A stretch of 58,824 nucleotides of DNA from Candidatus Woesearchaeota archaeon (GTDB taxonomy: Archaea > Nanobdellota > Nanobdellia > Woesearchaeales > ARS49): positions 1 through 58,824 of the forward strand of contig JAFGHW010000017.1 in NCBI GenBank assembly GCA_016929895.1, given 5' to 3'. Each line of letters opens with the position of its first letter. Within the stretch, counting starts at the first letter, position 1. Below the pieces are notes generated by a model. That model saw only the letters and a list, made by a program, of their open reading frames with translations. It ran no database searches and had not been told where the DNA came from. Positions 47,730-57,007 of this stretch are shown here, piece after piece. Both the position numbers and the translations under genes were made by a program.

Positions 47730-48515
47730 ATGCTTATGGAAGCCACTGAGAAACTATACGAATTATTCCGAAAAAACAACATCAAACTGGTTGAAAGCGG
47801 AGACCATGCAATACTATCAGTCTTGAGATATGCAAAAGCAATAGGCAAAGAAAAAGTACTAATACAAGACCAAGGAGGATGGCTGACATACAAAGACTAT
47901 CCCAAAAAAGCAGAATTAGAACTAATTGAATTAAAAACAGACTATGGCTTAATTGATTTAGACGATTTGCGAATTAAAGCAGACGGCAAATCAGTTTTAT
48001 TAGTCAATTCCCTTAACGGATATTTCTCAGAACAACCAATGGAAGAGATTAAGAAAGTTTGTTCAGACAAAAACTGTCTTTTGATTAATGATGCATCAGG
48101 CTCAGTAGGAACAGAGCCGGCATCAATTGGAGACATAATCATTTGCAGTTTTGGAAAAGACAAACCAATTAATCTGCACTACGGAGGAAGTATAGCGTAT
48201 GATGAAGGGGATTTTGCAGGAGAATTCAACCTCAAAAAATTAGACTTGTTAAACGAAGAACTAGACAAGCTTTTTTTCAGGCTCCAAAAATGGAATGAAA
48301 TCAACAGAAAAATAAAACAAGAGCTAAAAGATTTTGATATAATCCACAGAAATAAAAAAGGAATAAACATTATTGTGCAATTTGAAAACGATTCTGAGAA
48401 GCAAAAAATAATTGATTATTGTTGTAATAATAAATACGAATATACATTATGCCCGCGCTATATCAGAGTCAAAGAAAAAGCTGTTTCTATAGAAGTTAAA
48501 AAAGTCAAGATTTAA
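47730..48515 (+). CDS. Short PLP-dependent DegT/DnrJ-like aminotransferase-fold protein
   Basis: ESGDHAI, INDASGSVG, GDIIICSFGKDKP…GG (PLP lysine motif). Confidence 0.72.
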   Translation: MLMEATEKLYELFRKNNIKLVESGDHAILSVLRYAKAIGKEKVLIQDQGGWLTYKDYPKKAELELIELKTDYGLIDLDDLRIKADGKSVLLVNSLNGYFSEQPMEEIKKVCSDKNCLLINDASGSVGTEPASIGDIIICSFGKDKPINLHYGGSIAYDEGDFAGEFNLKKLDLLNEELDKLFFRLQKWNEINRKIKQELKDFDIIHRNKKGINIIVQFENDSEKQKIIDYCCNNKYEYTLCPRYIRVKEKAVSIEVKKVKI

Positions 48516-48541
48516 AAAGTATCCTGCTCTTATGAATTTGT

Positions 48542-49126
48542 ATGGGCAAAATAAAGAGAAAAACAAGCCATACTTTTAGAAGAAAAAAAATTCCTCAGTC
48601 TCATCATAGGCTGGACCATGCAAAGATGTCAAAACAAGAAGTAATATTCCTTGTTTGCAGAGTGGCATTGGACTATTCAACCCTGCAAGGCGAAGCTGCA
48701 ATAAGAGCAAGCGAACATTTACCAGTTTATCATATCTGGGAAAAAATATTTTATCATTCAAGACCAGTAGAAGACATGGGAATAGTATATGACCAAAAGA
48801 TTCAAAGACGATTTATATTCCCTGCGCATGCGAAAGATGGACAGATTATTATTGAAAAAGAGCCAACAATTTCGGTATTGATAGACGGCAATGAAATAAA
48901 AGAAACAGTAGAGTTCAATCCTAAAGAAAAAAATGCGTTAGAAATAATGGTTAATGAGGTTTCCAGACGCTTATTAACTTCTAATACAAATTTTGTTGAA
49001 AGAGAACTAACAAACAGAGCCAAAACCATGCTAAAACAAAACTTCAGCCAGGAATTAATATACGAATTAAACAAGAAATATTTATACCTGGAAAAACTAA
49101 GTATAAGACTTCCAATATTTGTTTAA
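48542..49126 (+). CDS. Hypothetical protein (194 aa)
   Basis: ORF preceded by a TATA-like TTTAAAAA; no recognisable motif. Confidence 0.65.
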   Translation: MGKIKRKTSHTFRRKKIPQSHHRLDHAKMSKQEVIFLVCRVALDYSTLQGEAAIRASEHLPVYHIWEKIFYHSRPVEDMGIVYDQKIQRRFIFPAHAKDGQIIIEKEPTISVLIDGNEIKETVEFNPKEKNALEIMVNEVSRRLLTSNTNFVERELTNRAKTMLKQNFSQELIYELNKKYLYLEKLSIRLPIFV

Positions 49127-49187
49127 TAAAAACAACCAAAACCCTTAAATATCCAGAAGAAAAATTTTCTCATGAGGTGACTTTAAT

Positions 49188-49604
49188 ATGAAATTATGTT
49201 TTCCAAACTCAATGGATGAATGCGTATATTTTACCAGAAGAAAATTAGGGGAAAAAGGCACTGCAGTTGCCTGGGTTTTCAAAGAAAAATGCCCAAAATG
49301 CAAAAAAGCATTAATGGGAAAACCCAAAGACGAAAAAACAGGCAAAATCAAAATAAGAGCAAGCGAATATGTCTGCTCTTCCTGCGGATACACAATGGAA
49401 AAAGGCGCATATGAAGACACCTTAACAGCAAACATACAATATACCTGTCCATATTGCGGTTATTCTGGCGAGCATCAAATGAGCTTTAAACGAAAAAAAG
49501 TACAAATGCTTGATGAAGAAGGAAAGAAAAAATCAGTAGATGCACTAAAATTCCAGTGCGCCAAATGCAAGAAAGACATTCTCATAACAAAAAAGATGAA
49601 GTAA
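49188..49604 (+). CDS. Multi-Zn-ribbon protein (four CxxC)
   Basis: CPKC, CSSC, CPYC, CAKC; RBS GAGGTGA. Confidence 0.8.
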   Translation: MKLCFPNSMDECVYFTRRKLGEKGTAVAWVFKEKCPKCKKALMGKPKDEKTGKIKIRASEYVCSSCGYTMEKGAYEDTLTANIQYTCPYCGYSGEHQMSFKRKKVQMLDEEGKKKSVDALKFQCAKCKKDILITKKMK

Positions 49605-49605
49605 A

Positions 49606-50058
49606 TTAATTTTTAGTAATTGCATCAATAATATTATTCAAATATTTTTCAAAACTTTCAGAAGTTCTATCAGAGACAGATTTGAAAAGACCCATTTTAA
49701 TCATTCTTTCCCATGTTAACTTTTCTAAAGGATGCTGTTTATCATCTGCATGCGGAGAAACAATATGAATGTATTTATCTTTTGCATTAGGCCATTCAGA
49801 ATACCGTTGAGCAAGATCAATGCCGCTTATAGTTTCATCGCTTATACGGACAGATTCATAACTTTCTTCTGATTCAAGAGAATAACCAAAAATAAAAACT
49901 TTTGCTTCGAATTCTCTTAACTTGACTCTTTCTCTTAAATCAGTAACAACCTCAACAGTATAACCTAAATCTCTAAGCATATCCACATAGGGCTTATCAT
50001 TAAAAGCATTATCCAAAACAAAAACATCAGTTGTTCTGCAATCATTCTCCCCAGCCAT
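49606..50058 (-). CDS. Degenerate receiver (CheY-like) domain protein
   Basis: VFVLDN…LRDLGYTVEV…KVFIFG…ISGIDLAQ…IHIVS follows the REC strand/helix pattern. Confidence 0.55.
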   Translation of the reverse strand: MAGENDCRTTDVFVLDNAFNDKPYVDMLRDLGYTVEVVTDLRERVKLREFEAKVFIFGYSLESEESYESVRISDETISGIDLAQRYSEWPNAKDKYIHIVSPHADDKQHPLEKLTWERMIKMGLFKSVSDRTSESFEKYLNNIIDAITKN

Positions 50059-50150
50059 GGATTTAGAAAAAAATTAATAGTTTATAAAATTTATGACACA
50101 TACATCTTGTTACAGCAAGATTTAAATACGTTTATTCTTTAATTATCTAA

Positions 50151-52121
50151 ATGGCAAAAAAGAAATTTTACATAACAACAGCAATAGATTATCCTAATTC
50201 ATTTCCCCATGTAGGTCATGCATATGAAAAAATAATTGCAGATGTTTTAGCTAGATGGCACAGGCTAAAAGGAGAAGATGTATTCTTTTTAACAGGAACA
50301 GACGAGCACGGCCAAAAAATATACAAAACAGCAAAAGAACAAGGAAAAGAACCAAAACAGTTCGTAGACGAGATGGTTCCTTATTTTAAGAAGCTGTGCA
50401 AAAAATTAAACATTTCCAATTCAAGATTTATCAGAACAACAGAAGAACAGCATAAAAAAATATGCCGGGACATCTTTAAAAAACTGGAAAACAATGGAGA
50501 TATCTACAAAGGAGCGTATGAGGGGCTTTACTGTTCAGGATGCGAAGCATATTACACTGAAAAAGATTTAATCGACGGACTGTGCCCTGTTCATAAGAAA
50601 AAACCAGAACCAGTAAAAGAGGAAACATATTTTTTCAGAATGTCCAAATACCAGGACCGCCTGATAAAACACATAAACCAATATCCTAACTTTATACAAC
50701 CAACCTCCAAAAGAAACGAGATACTAAACAGGCTGAAAGAGCCATTAAAAGACCTAAGTGTTTCAAGAACAACATTTGACTGGGGAGTTTCAGTGCCCGG
50801 AGACAAAGAACACGTATTATATGTCTGGCTTGATGCGTTATTAAATTATATCACAGGACTTGATTATCCTGGAGAAAACTTCAAAAAATACTGGCCAGCA
50901 GACGCCCATATAATAGGAAAAGACATAACATGGTTTCATACAGTGATATGGCCATGCGAATTAATGTCAGCAGGAATAGAACTGCCAAAAACAGTTCATG
51001 TTCATGGCTTTGTAAACTTAGGAGGAGAAAAATTATCCAAATCCCGCGGAATAGTAGTAGACCCAATCAAATTAGTAGATGAATACGGAGTAGATGCAGT
51101 AAGATACTTTTTCATCAAAGAAATACCTGCAGGAGAAGACGGAAATTTCTCATACGAAGCACTAACAGAAAGAACAAATTCAGACCTAGCAGACGATTTA
51201 GGAAATTTATTGCAGAGAACAAGCGTGTTGATTCACAAAAACTTTGGCGGAAAAATACCCCTGCCTGTAAGATTTGAGCGCGAAGAAGAAGAACTAATCC
51301 AGGAATCAGACATTTTTGAGCAAACAGATGAATTAATGAAAACATTTCAATGGAACAAAGCAATATCCAGAATATGGTCGTTTATACGAATGTGCAATAA
51401 ATACATAAATGAAACAGAACCCTGGAAAAGAAAAAACGAGCCAGACAGGCTGGCAACAATATTATACACCTTGGCAGAAAGCCTGAGAATAATATCGATT
51501 TACATATCCCCGTTTGTCCCGGAGACTGCAGAAAAAATATCGCATCAATTAGGAAGAAAACCAGGAACATTTGCAGATATCAAATTCAAGAAAACAACCA
51601 AAGGAGTGCTGGAAAAACCAGAAATATTATTTAAAAAAACCGAAGCAAAACAAGAAGATATTTTTGCCAAGCTAAGCCTGAGAGTTGCCAGGATTTTAGA
51701 AGCAAAAGAACACCCATCAGCAGACAAGCTGCTAATCTTACAAATAGACTTAGGAACTGAAAAAAGACAATTAGTGGCGGGACTAAAACCGCATTTTAGT
51801 ATTGATGAACTAATCGGAAAACACATAGTTGTCTTAACAAACCTTAAACCAGCAAAAATCAAAGGGACAGAAAGCAATGGAATGCTTCTCGCAGCAGAGC
51901 ATAAAAACAAAGTAGTATTATTAGAAGCTCCGCGCTCAGAACCAGGAGAGCAGGTATTTGTTGAAGGAATTACACCCTGCAGAGAACAAATCTCTATCAA
52001 GGATTTTGAGAAAATAAATATCACAACAAAACAAGGAAGAGCAATCTATAACAAACAATTCTTAAAAACAAAAAAAGAGGAAATAGAGGCAAACATAGAC
52101 GATGGAGCAAAAGTATGCTAG
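50151..52121 (+). CDS. metG: Methionine-tRNA ligase with C-terminal tRNA-binding (OB) domain
   Basis: HVGH, TGTDEHG, YVWLDAL, GKDI, KLSKS, HPSADKL, NLKPA…SNGMLL. Confidence 0.97.
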   Translation: MAKKKFYITTAIDYPNSFPHVGHAYEKIIADVLARWHRLKGEDVFFLTGTDEHGQKIYKTAKEQGKEPKQFVDEMVPYFKKLCKKLNISNSRFIRTTEEQHKKICRDIFKKLENNGDIYKGAYEGLYCSGCEAYYTEKDLIDGLCPVHKKKPEPVKEETYFFRMSKYQDRLIKHINQYPNFIQPTSKRNEILNRLKEPLKDLSVSRTTFDWGVSVPGDKEHVLYVWLDALLNYITGLDYPGENFKKYWPADAHIIGKDITWFHTVIWPCELMSAGIELPKTVHVHGFVNLGGEKLSKSRGIVVDPIKLVDEYGVDAVRYFFIKEIPAGEDGNFSYEALTERTNSDLADDLGNLLQRTSVLIHKNFGGKIPLPVRFEREEEELIQESDIFEQTDELMKTFQWNKAISRIWSFIRMCNKYINETEPWKRKNEPDRLATILYTLAESLRIISIYISPFVPETAEKISHQLGRKPGTFADIKFKKTTKGVLEKPEILFKKTEAKQEDIFAKLSLRVARILEAKEHPSADKLLILQIDLGTEKRQLVAGLKPHFSIDELIGKHIVVLTNLKPAKIKGTESNGMLLAAEHKNKVVLLEAPRSEPGEQVFVEGITPCREQISIKDFEKINITTKQGRAIYNKQFLKTKKEEIEANIDDGAKVC

Positions 52122-52686
52122 AATTCTGGGAATAATCCTAGTTCCAGTTGTGATTTACTTACTTAGTTTTGGAATAGTAGTTTTTTATTATCCAACATAT
52201 GAAAAATTAATCAATAAATACAGTTCTGATAAAACAACAGCTTCTCTGCAAACCAAAAACATAATTTCATATTTTCAGGGCAAAGAAGAATTAAGAGGAT
52301 TTACTTTTTACGAAGCAAAACATTTGAAAGATGTAAGATTTGTAATCTGGCTGTTGATTATTATTTTAATTTTCAGTATTATTGGCTTGTTTTTGATTAA
52401 AGATGCCAAAGCAGTTGTTTACGGAGGAATACTGAGCTTGTTTTTGCCATTGATTCTGTATTTACTGCCTTTTTCCTTGGTTTTTGACTTGTTTCATAGA
52501 ATTGCATTTCCCCAAGGGAACTGGATATTTGATTCAAGCTCAATACTGATACAGATGTATCCTTTGGAGTTTTTTTGCGCTTTTTTCAAAAACATATTAA
52601 TACGAGGATTTATCTTAGGATTAGTGATAACAATACTTTTTTCAATAGATTATTTAAAGAACAAAATATATGTTCTACTACAATAA
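52102..52686 (+). CDS. DUF1461/TIGR01906 membrane protein (Lit, lipoprotein intramolecular transacylase-like)
   Basis: E-x-x-H-L-x-D-V-R and F-x-x-F-H-x-x-x-F-P-x-G-N-W-x-F…L-I-x-M-Y-P-x-x-F-F motifs; four TM helices. Confidence 0.75.
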   Translation: MEQKYARILGIILVPVVIYLLSFGIVVFYYPTYEKLINKYSSDKTTASLQTKNIISYFQGKEELRGFTFYEAKHLKDVRFVIWLLIIILIFSIIGLFLIKDAKAVVYGGILSLFLPLILYLLPFSLVFDLFHRIAFPQGNWIFDSSSILIQMYPLEFFCAFFKNILIRGFILGLVITILFSIDYLKNKIYVLLQ

Positions 52687-52742
52687 AATTAATAAATAGG
52701 TTTGCTATTTTTGAATAACAACAACCTAAAGAGGGGGATATT

Positions 52743-53990
52743 ATGGATACGAGAGTCAGGAAAATCATATTGGCAAGTTTTACAATTCTTGTAATTCTAA
52801 TGCTAACAGGATGCGCTTTAAAGGACTTTAAAATCAAAAGAAAGGCGCAAATAACAGACACAGAAATAGACGAAATAGACAAAGCACTGCAGGAAATAGA
52901 AAAAGTATCAGAGTTAATAGAGCAGGAAAACCCTGACGTTCCGATAGAAGAAATGAAAGACCAAACCCCTGAAGAAGATGACAGCGGACTTCCGGCAAAA
53001 ACTGTCAAAGAAGGGGACCTGGTGGAATTCCCAAACCTAAAAGCAACAGACCCTGACGGAGATTTAATCGAATACACATTCACAGCGCCTCTAAACAGAA
53101 GAGGAAAATGGCAGACAAAAGAAGGAGATGCAGGAAGATACAAGGTAACAATCACAGCATCAGACGGTATCAATAAAGTAAGCCAAGATGTTGTCATAAT
53201 CGTAAAAGCACTAAACAGGCCGCCAGTGCTTTCAATAAAAGAAAAAACAATAGTAGTATCTGAAGGAGAAAAAATAACACTAAGCGCAACAGCAACAGAC
53301 CCTGACGGGGACGAAGTAAAAATAAGCTATACAGGATGGATGACAGGACCTGTAAAAACAACTGATTACCGCGACGCAGGAGAACACACAGTAATAGTAA
53401 CTGCATCAGACGGAAAAGAAAAAACCCAGGAAGAAATCAAAGTAGTTGTAGAGAATGTCAACAGAGGACCAAGAATAGAAGCAATAACCGACATTGTAAT
53501 AACAGAAGGAGACAAAATAACGATAGAACCAAAAGCAACAGACCCTGACGGAGATGAAATAAACTTTGTTTATTCCAGACCAGTAGACCCAACAGGAGTC
53601 TGGAGAACAGCAGAAGGAGACTCAGGAAAATACAGAATAACAGTAACAGCAACAGACGGAGAACTTGAAGACCAAACAAGCTTCTACATAGTAGTAGAAT
53701 CATTAAACAAGCCGCCAATAATAACAGTTCCCACTGAAATGATAACAGTAGACGAAGGAGAACTAGTAAGCATAAATGCAGAAATAACAGACCCTGAAAA
53801 TGACGAAATGACAATAACCTACACAGGATGGATGACAACAGACACGTACATGACTGACTATGAAGACCAAGGAACACACCAAGTAACAATCAAAGCAACA
53901 GACGGCGTAAACACAGCAGAAAAAGAAATTACAATCATAGTAAATGACGTAAACCGTGCTCCTGTATTTGAAACAGGAGCTTTTGATTAA
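52743..53990 (+). CDS. Lipoprotein with four tandem Ig/PKD/cadherin-like repeats
   Basis: Basic N-region, hydrophobic H-region, lipobox LTG-C24; repeated ATDPDGD…ASDG…N-R-x-P. Confidence 0.82.
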   Translation: MDTRVRKIILASFTILVILMLTGCALKDFKIKRKAQITDTEIDEIDKALQEIEKVSELIEQENPDVPIEEMKDQTPEEDDSGLPAKTVKEGDLVEFPNLKATDPDGDLIEYTFTAPLNRRGKWQTKEGDAGRYKVTITASDGINKVSQDVVIIVKALNRPPVLSIKEKTIVVSEGEKITLSATATDPDGDEVKISYTGWMTGPVKTTDYRDAGEHTVIVTASDGKEKTQEEIKVVVENVNRGPRIEAITDIVITEGDKITIEPKATDPDGDEINFVYSRPVDPTGVWRTAEGDSGKYRITVTATDGELEDQTSFYIVVESLNKPPIITVPTEMITVDEGELVSINAEITDPENDEMTITYTGWMTTDTYMTDYEDQGTHQVTIKATDGVNTAEKEITIIVNDVNRAPVFETGAFD

Positions 53991-54009
53991 AATTATTTTT
54001 TTTATATTT

Positions 54010-56067
54010 ATGCTCTTAAAATCTTTAAAACTGGAAAACATAAGAAGTTATATTTCGCAGGAAATAAAATTTCCAACAGGAATAGTTCTATTATCAGGGG
54101 ATATTGGCTCTGGAAAATCAACCATATTATTATCAATAGAATTTGCCTTATTCGGGATACTGCCCGGTGAATTAACTGGAAGTTCTTTATTACGAAACGG
54201 CGAAAGCAAAGGAAGTGTTGAGCTTAATTTTGAAATAAACAATCAAAATGTTATAATTTATCGTACTTTAAAACGAAGCAAGACCTCTGTAGGGCAAGGG
54301 AATGGGTATATTGTTAAGAATAATGTTAAAATAGAACTAACCCCTGTTGAGCTTAAAACCCAGATTTTTTTATTATTAGGATACCCCAAAGAAATGCTTG
54401 CAAAAAGCAGGAATATCTACCGCTTTACAGTTTATACACCTCAAGAAGACATGAAAAGAATACTGCAGGAACGAAAAGAAGACCGGCTGGACATATTACG
54501 CAAGGTATTTGACATAGACAAATATAAAAGAGTCCAGGACAATACGGTTTCTTACATAAGAACAATCAAGGAAGAACAAAAAGAAAAAGCAGGAATGACA
54601 GCAGACTTGGAAGAAAAGAAAAAAAACCGCAGATACCGCCAAAGAGACTTTAATCTCGCTGAAAAAAAGATACAAGACATAAAACCACTGGTCAATGCCG
54701 CCAAAATAAAAGTAGAACACAAGAAAAAAATAATAGAAGAAACAGAAGAAAGACAAAAAAAACTGCAGGAGCTAAAAAAATCATTGGCTGTAAAAGAAAC
54801 AGAAATACAAAACAAAACCGAGCAGCACAATTTTAACTTGAAACAAACAAAAGAGCTTGAAAAAGAAATAAAAAAATTACAAAAAGAACTGGACGGGGAG
54901 GAAATAAAAGAAACGTCTTCGGAAGAGATACAGGAAATAAACAAGAAAATAATTTCACTGGAAAAAGAAATCCGCGCTTTAAACGAGAAAAAAACAATAC
55001 ACGAAACAGACAAAAAAAGAAGCCAGGAACTAAAACAAAAAATAAATGAATTAGACAACTGCCCGACATGCCTTCAAATTGTTGATGAAACCCATAAATC
55101 CAATATTTCTTCAAAAGAAAATGAAAAAATACAAACATCAACATTGCACATAAACAAGTATTTTCAGGAGGCTGTTGAAAAAGAAAAAGAACTGGAAACA
55201 AACAAAACAAAAGCGGAAAACCTGCGGGACCAAGAGAAAAAGATGGCAGAGCTAAGAATCAAAAAAACCAATCTTGAAGACAAGGAAAAAAAATACGAGA
55301 AGTCAATAGAACTGCAGGAGAAATTATTAAAGACCATAGAAGAAGCAAAAACAAAAAAACAAGAAATATCTCAGGAAACCAAAAAATATCTCGGGACTGA
55401 AAAAGAAATAGAAGCCGACAAAAAAGAACTTGCATTTTTACAAGACGAAGAAAAAAACCAGGAGATAGAATACAACAGGGCTGTTGAGAAAAAAGAAAAC
55501 ATGAAATCAATTATAGAAGAGCTTGACAAAGAAATAGATAAAAAAGAAAAAATCAAAAACCAATTACTAAAACTGCAGGATTTGAAAACATGGCTGACAG
55601 ATTATTTTTTAAAACTAACAGAAGCCATAGAAAAACAGGTAATGACGCGCGTGTATTACGAATTCAATGAATTACTGCAGGCATGGTTTAGTGCCTTGGT
55701 AGAAGACGAAGCAATACAAATACGGCTGGATGACACATTCACGCCGCTGATAGTCCAGAATGGATATGATATTGACATAGATAATTTAAGCGGAGGAGAA
55801 AAAACAGCATGTGCATTGGCTTATCGGCTAGCACTTAATAAAGTAATAAATGACCTAATCACAGACATTAATACCAAAGAATTACTCATATTAGACGAGC
55901 CGACAGACGGCTTTAGCTCAGAACAACTAGACCAGATGAGAACTGTTCTGGAACAACTAGGAATGAAGCAAATCATAATAGTAAGCCATGAAAACAAAGT
56001 AGAAACATTTGTGGATGAGGTCATTAAAGTTAATAAAAGCGAGCATGTAAGCCAATTAGCATCATGA
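54010..56067 (+). CDS. Rad50/SbcC-like SMC-family ATPase
   Basis: Walker A GDIGSGKS, Q-loop YTPQE, long coiled coil with CPTC zinc hook, LSGGE, LILDEPT, IVSH. Confidence 0.92.
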   Translation: MLLKSLKLENIRSYISQEIKFPTGIVLLSGDIGSGKSTILLSIEFALFGILPGELTGSSLLRNGESKGSVELNFEINNQNVIIYRTLKRSKTSVGQGNGYIVKNNVKIELTPVELKTQIFLLLGYPKEMLAKSRNIYRFTVYTPQEDMKRILQERKEDRLDILRKVFDIDKYKRVQDNTVSYIRTIKEEQKEKAGMTADLEEKKKNRRYRQRDFNLAEKKIQDIKPLVNAAKIKVEHKKKIIEETEERQKKLQELKKSLAVKETEIQNKTEQHNFNLKQTKELEKEIKKLQKELDGEEIKETSSEEIQEINKKIISLEKEIRALNEKKTIHETDKKRSQELKQKINELDNCPTCLQIVDETHKSNISSKENEKIQTSTLHINKYFQEAVEKEKELETNKTKAENLRDQEKKMAELRIKKTNLEDKEKKYEKSIELQEKLLKTIEEAKTKKQEISQETKKYLGTEKEIEADKKELAFLQDEEKNQEIEYNRAVEKKENMKSIIEELDKEIDKKEKIKNQLLKLQDLKTWLTDYFLKLTEAIEKQVMTRVYYEFNELLQAWFSALVEDEAIQIRLDDTFTPLIVQNGYDIDIDNLSGGEKTACALAYRLALNKVINDLITDINTKELLILDEPTDGFSSEQLDQMRTVLEQLGMKQIIIVSHENKVETFVDEVIKVNKSEHVSQLAS

Positions 56068-56907
56068 ATACTTTTTACAGAAATCAACAAAACGATAAGT
56101 TTCAGGATAATGTCCAAGATAAATATGTGCATTCTTCGGGCCGTGCCTGTTTTTTTCAGCGGTCACAGAGATAACATCAATAACCTGGCCCGGCTTTTTA
56201 ATTTTCTTATAAAACCGAAAAATAGTGTCGGCATATTTTTTAAATCCGAGCGGAACAAAAAATAGAGTTTTTCCCGGCTCTTCTCTTATTACCTCATCAC
56301 AATCAGTAACAGCGATAACTGCAGAATGATTTTTCCGCGCCATCTGGCCAAGATTATACGCCTTGGTCTCAAAAACATTTGCCTTGTCAATAACAATCAA
56401 CTCCTTTTTTCTGATATCAGGAGCGATTGTTTCAAAAGACAATTCATCACAATGGCAAAGCCTAAGAGTTCTTATCTTTAGACCATGCTTTTCATAATAA
56501 TTAATAAAATCAAGCGTCCTTTCAGTTCCTGTAGAAAAATAACTTTCCTTGTGTTTATTCAGCGCAACACGGCAAGCAATACACAAAGCAAGCTCGCTTT
56601 GGCCTTGATTTTGGGATTTTGCAAAAAAATTCCCTGCAAAAACAAACAACCCGGGATTAAACCCATCACCTGTAAGATAATCCAAATCAATCAAACCAGT
56701 CCTAAGACCAGGCCTGGCTTTTGACTCCATTCTTGCATTTATCCTATCAAGGCAGTCTGGAATGATTTCCTCAATGCTTTTAATTCCAAAAGAAAAACCA
56801 TGCTCATCTAACTTATTAGCAATTTCTCTAAGCTCTCCTGAATAAGCTGCATTCTTTATTTCTTTTATACTGTTAATAATATCTAGTTTTTTTAAATTAC
56901 TTGCCAT
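56062..56907 (-). CDS. DnaB-like helicase C-terminal domain homologue, apparently catalytically inactive
   Basis: GLRTGLIDLDYLTG, ALCIACRVA, ADTIFRFY and EKNRHGP…YRF resemble DnaB; Walker A reads GQS instead of GKT. Confidence 0.7.
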   Translation of the reverse strand: MASNLKKLDIINSIKEIKNAAYSGELREIANKLDEHGFSFGIKSIEEIIPDCLDRINARMESKARPGLRTGLIDLDYLTGDGFNPGLFVFAGNFFAKSQNQGQSELALCIACRVALNKHKESYFSTGTERTLDFINYYEKHGLKIRTLRLCHCDELSFETIAPDIRKKELIVIDKANVFETKAYNLGQMARKNHSAVIAVTDCDEVIREEPGKTLFFVPLGFKKYADTIFRFYKKIKKPGQVIDVISVTAEKNRHGPKNAHIYLGHYPETYRFVDFCKKYS

Positions 56908-57007
56908 ATTTTAAAGTAAAATAAATCCCTTTATATTGTTTCACCTTTCTTAGTAGAAAAGTATATAAATAAGCAATCCAAACATTCTATAATATAGGGG
57001 TTAATAA

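Noticed and set aside
53956-56067. SMC-like gene as a Wadjet or Lamassu defence system
   Set aside because: The zinc-hook CPTC and motifs fit Rad50/SbcC, and no kleisin, KITE or effector partner genes are adjacent.
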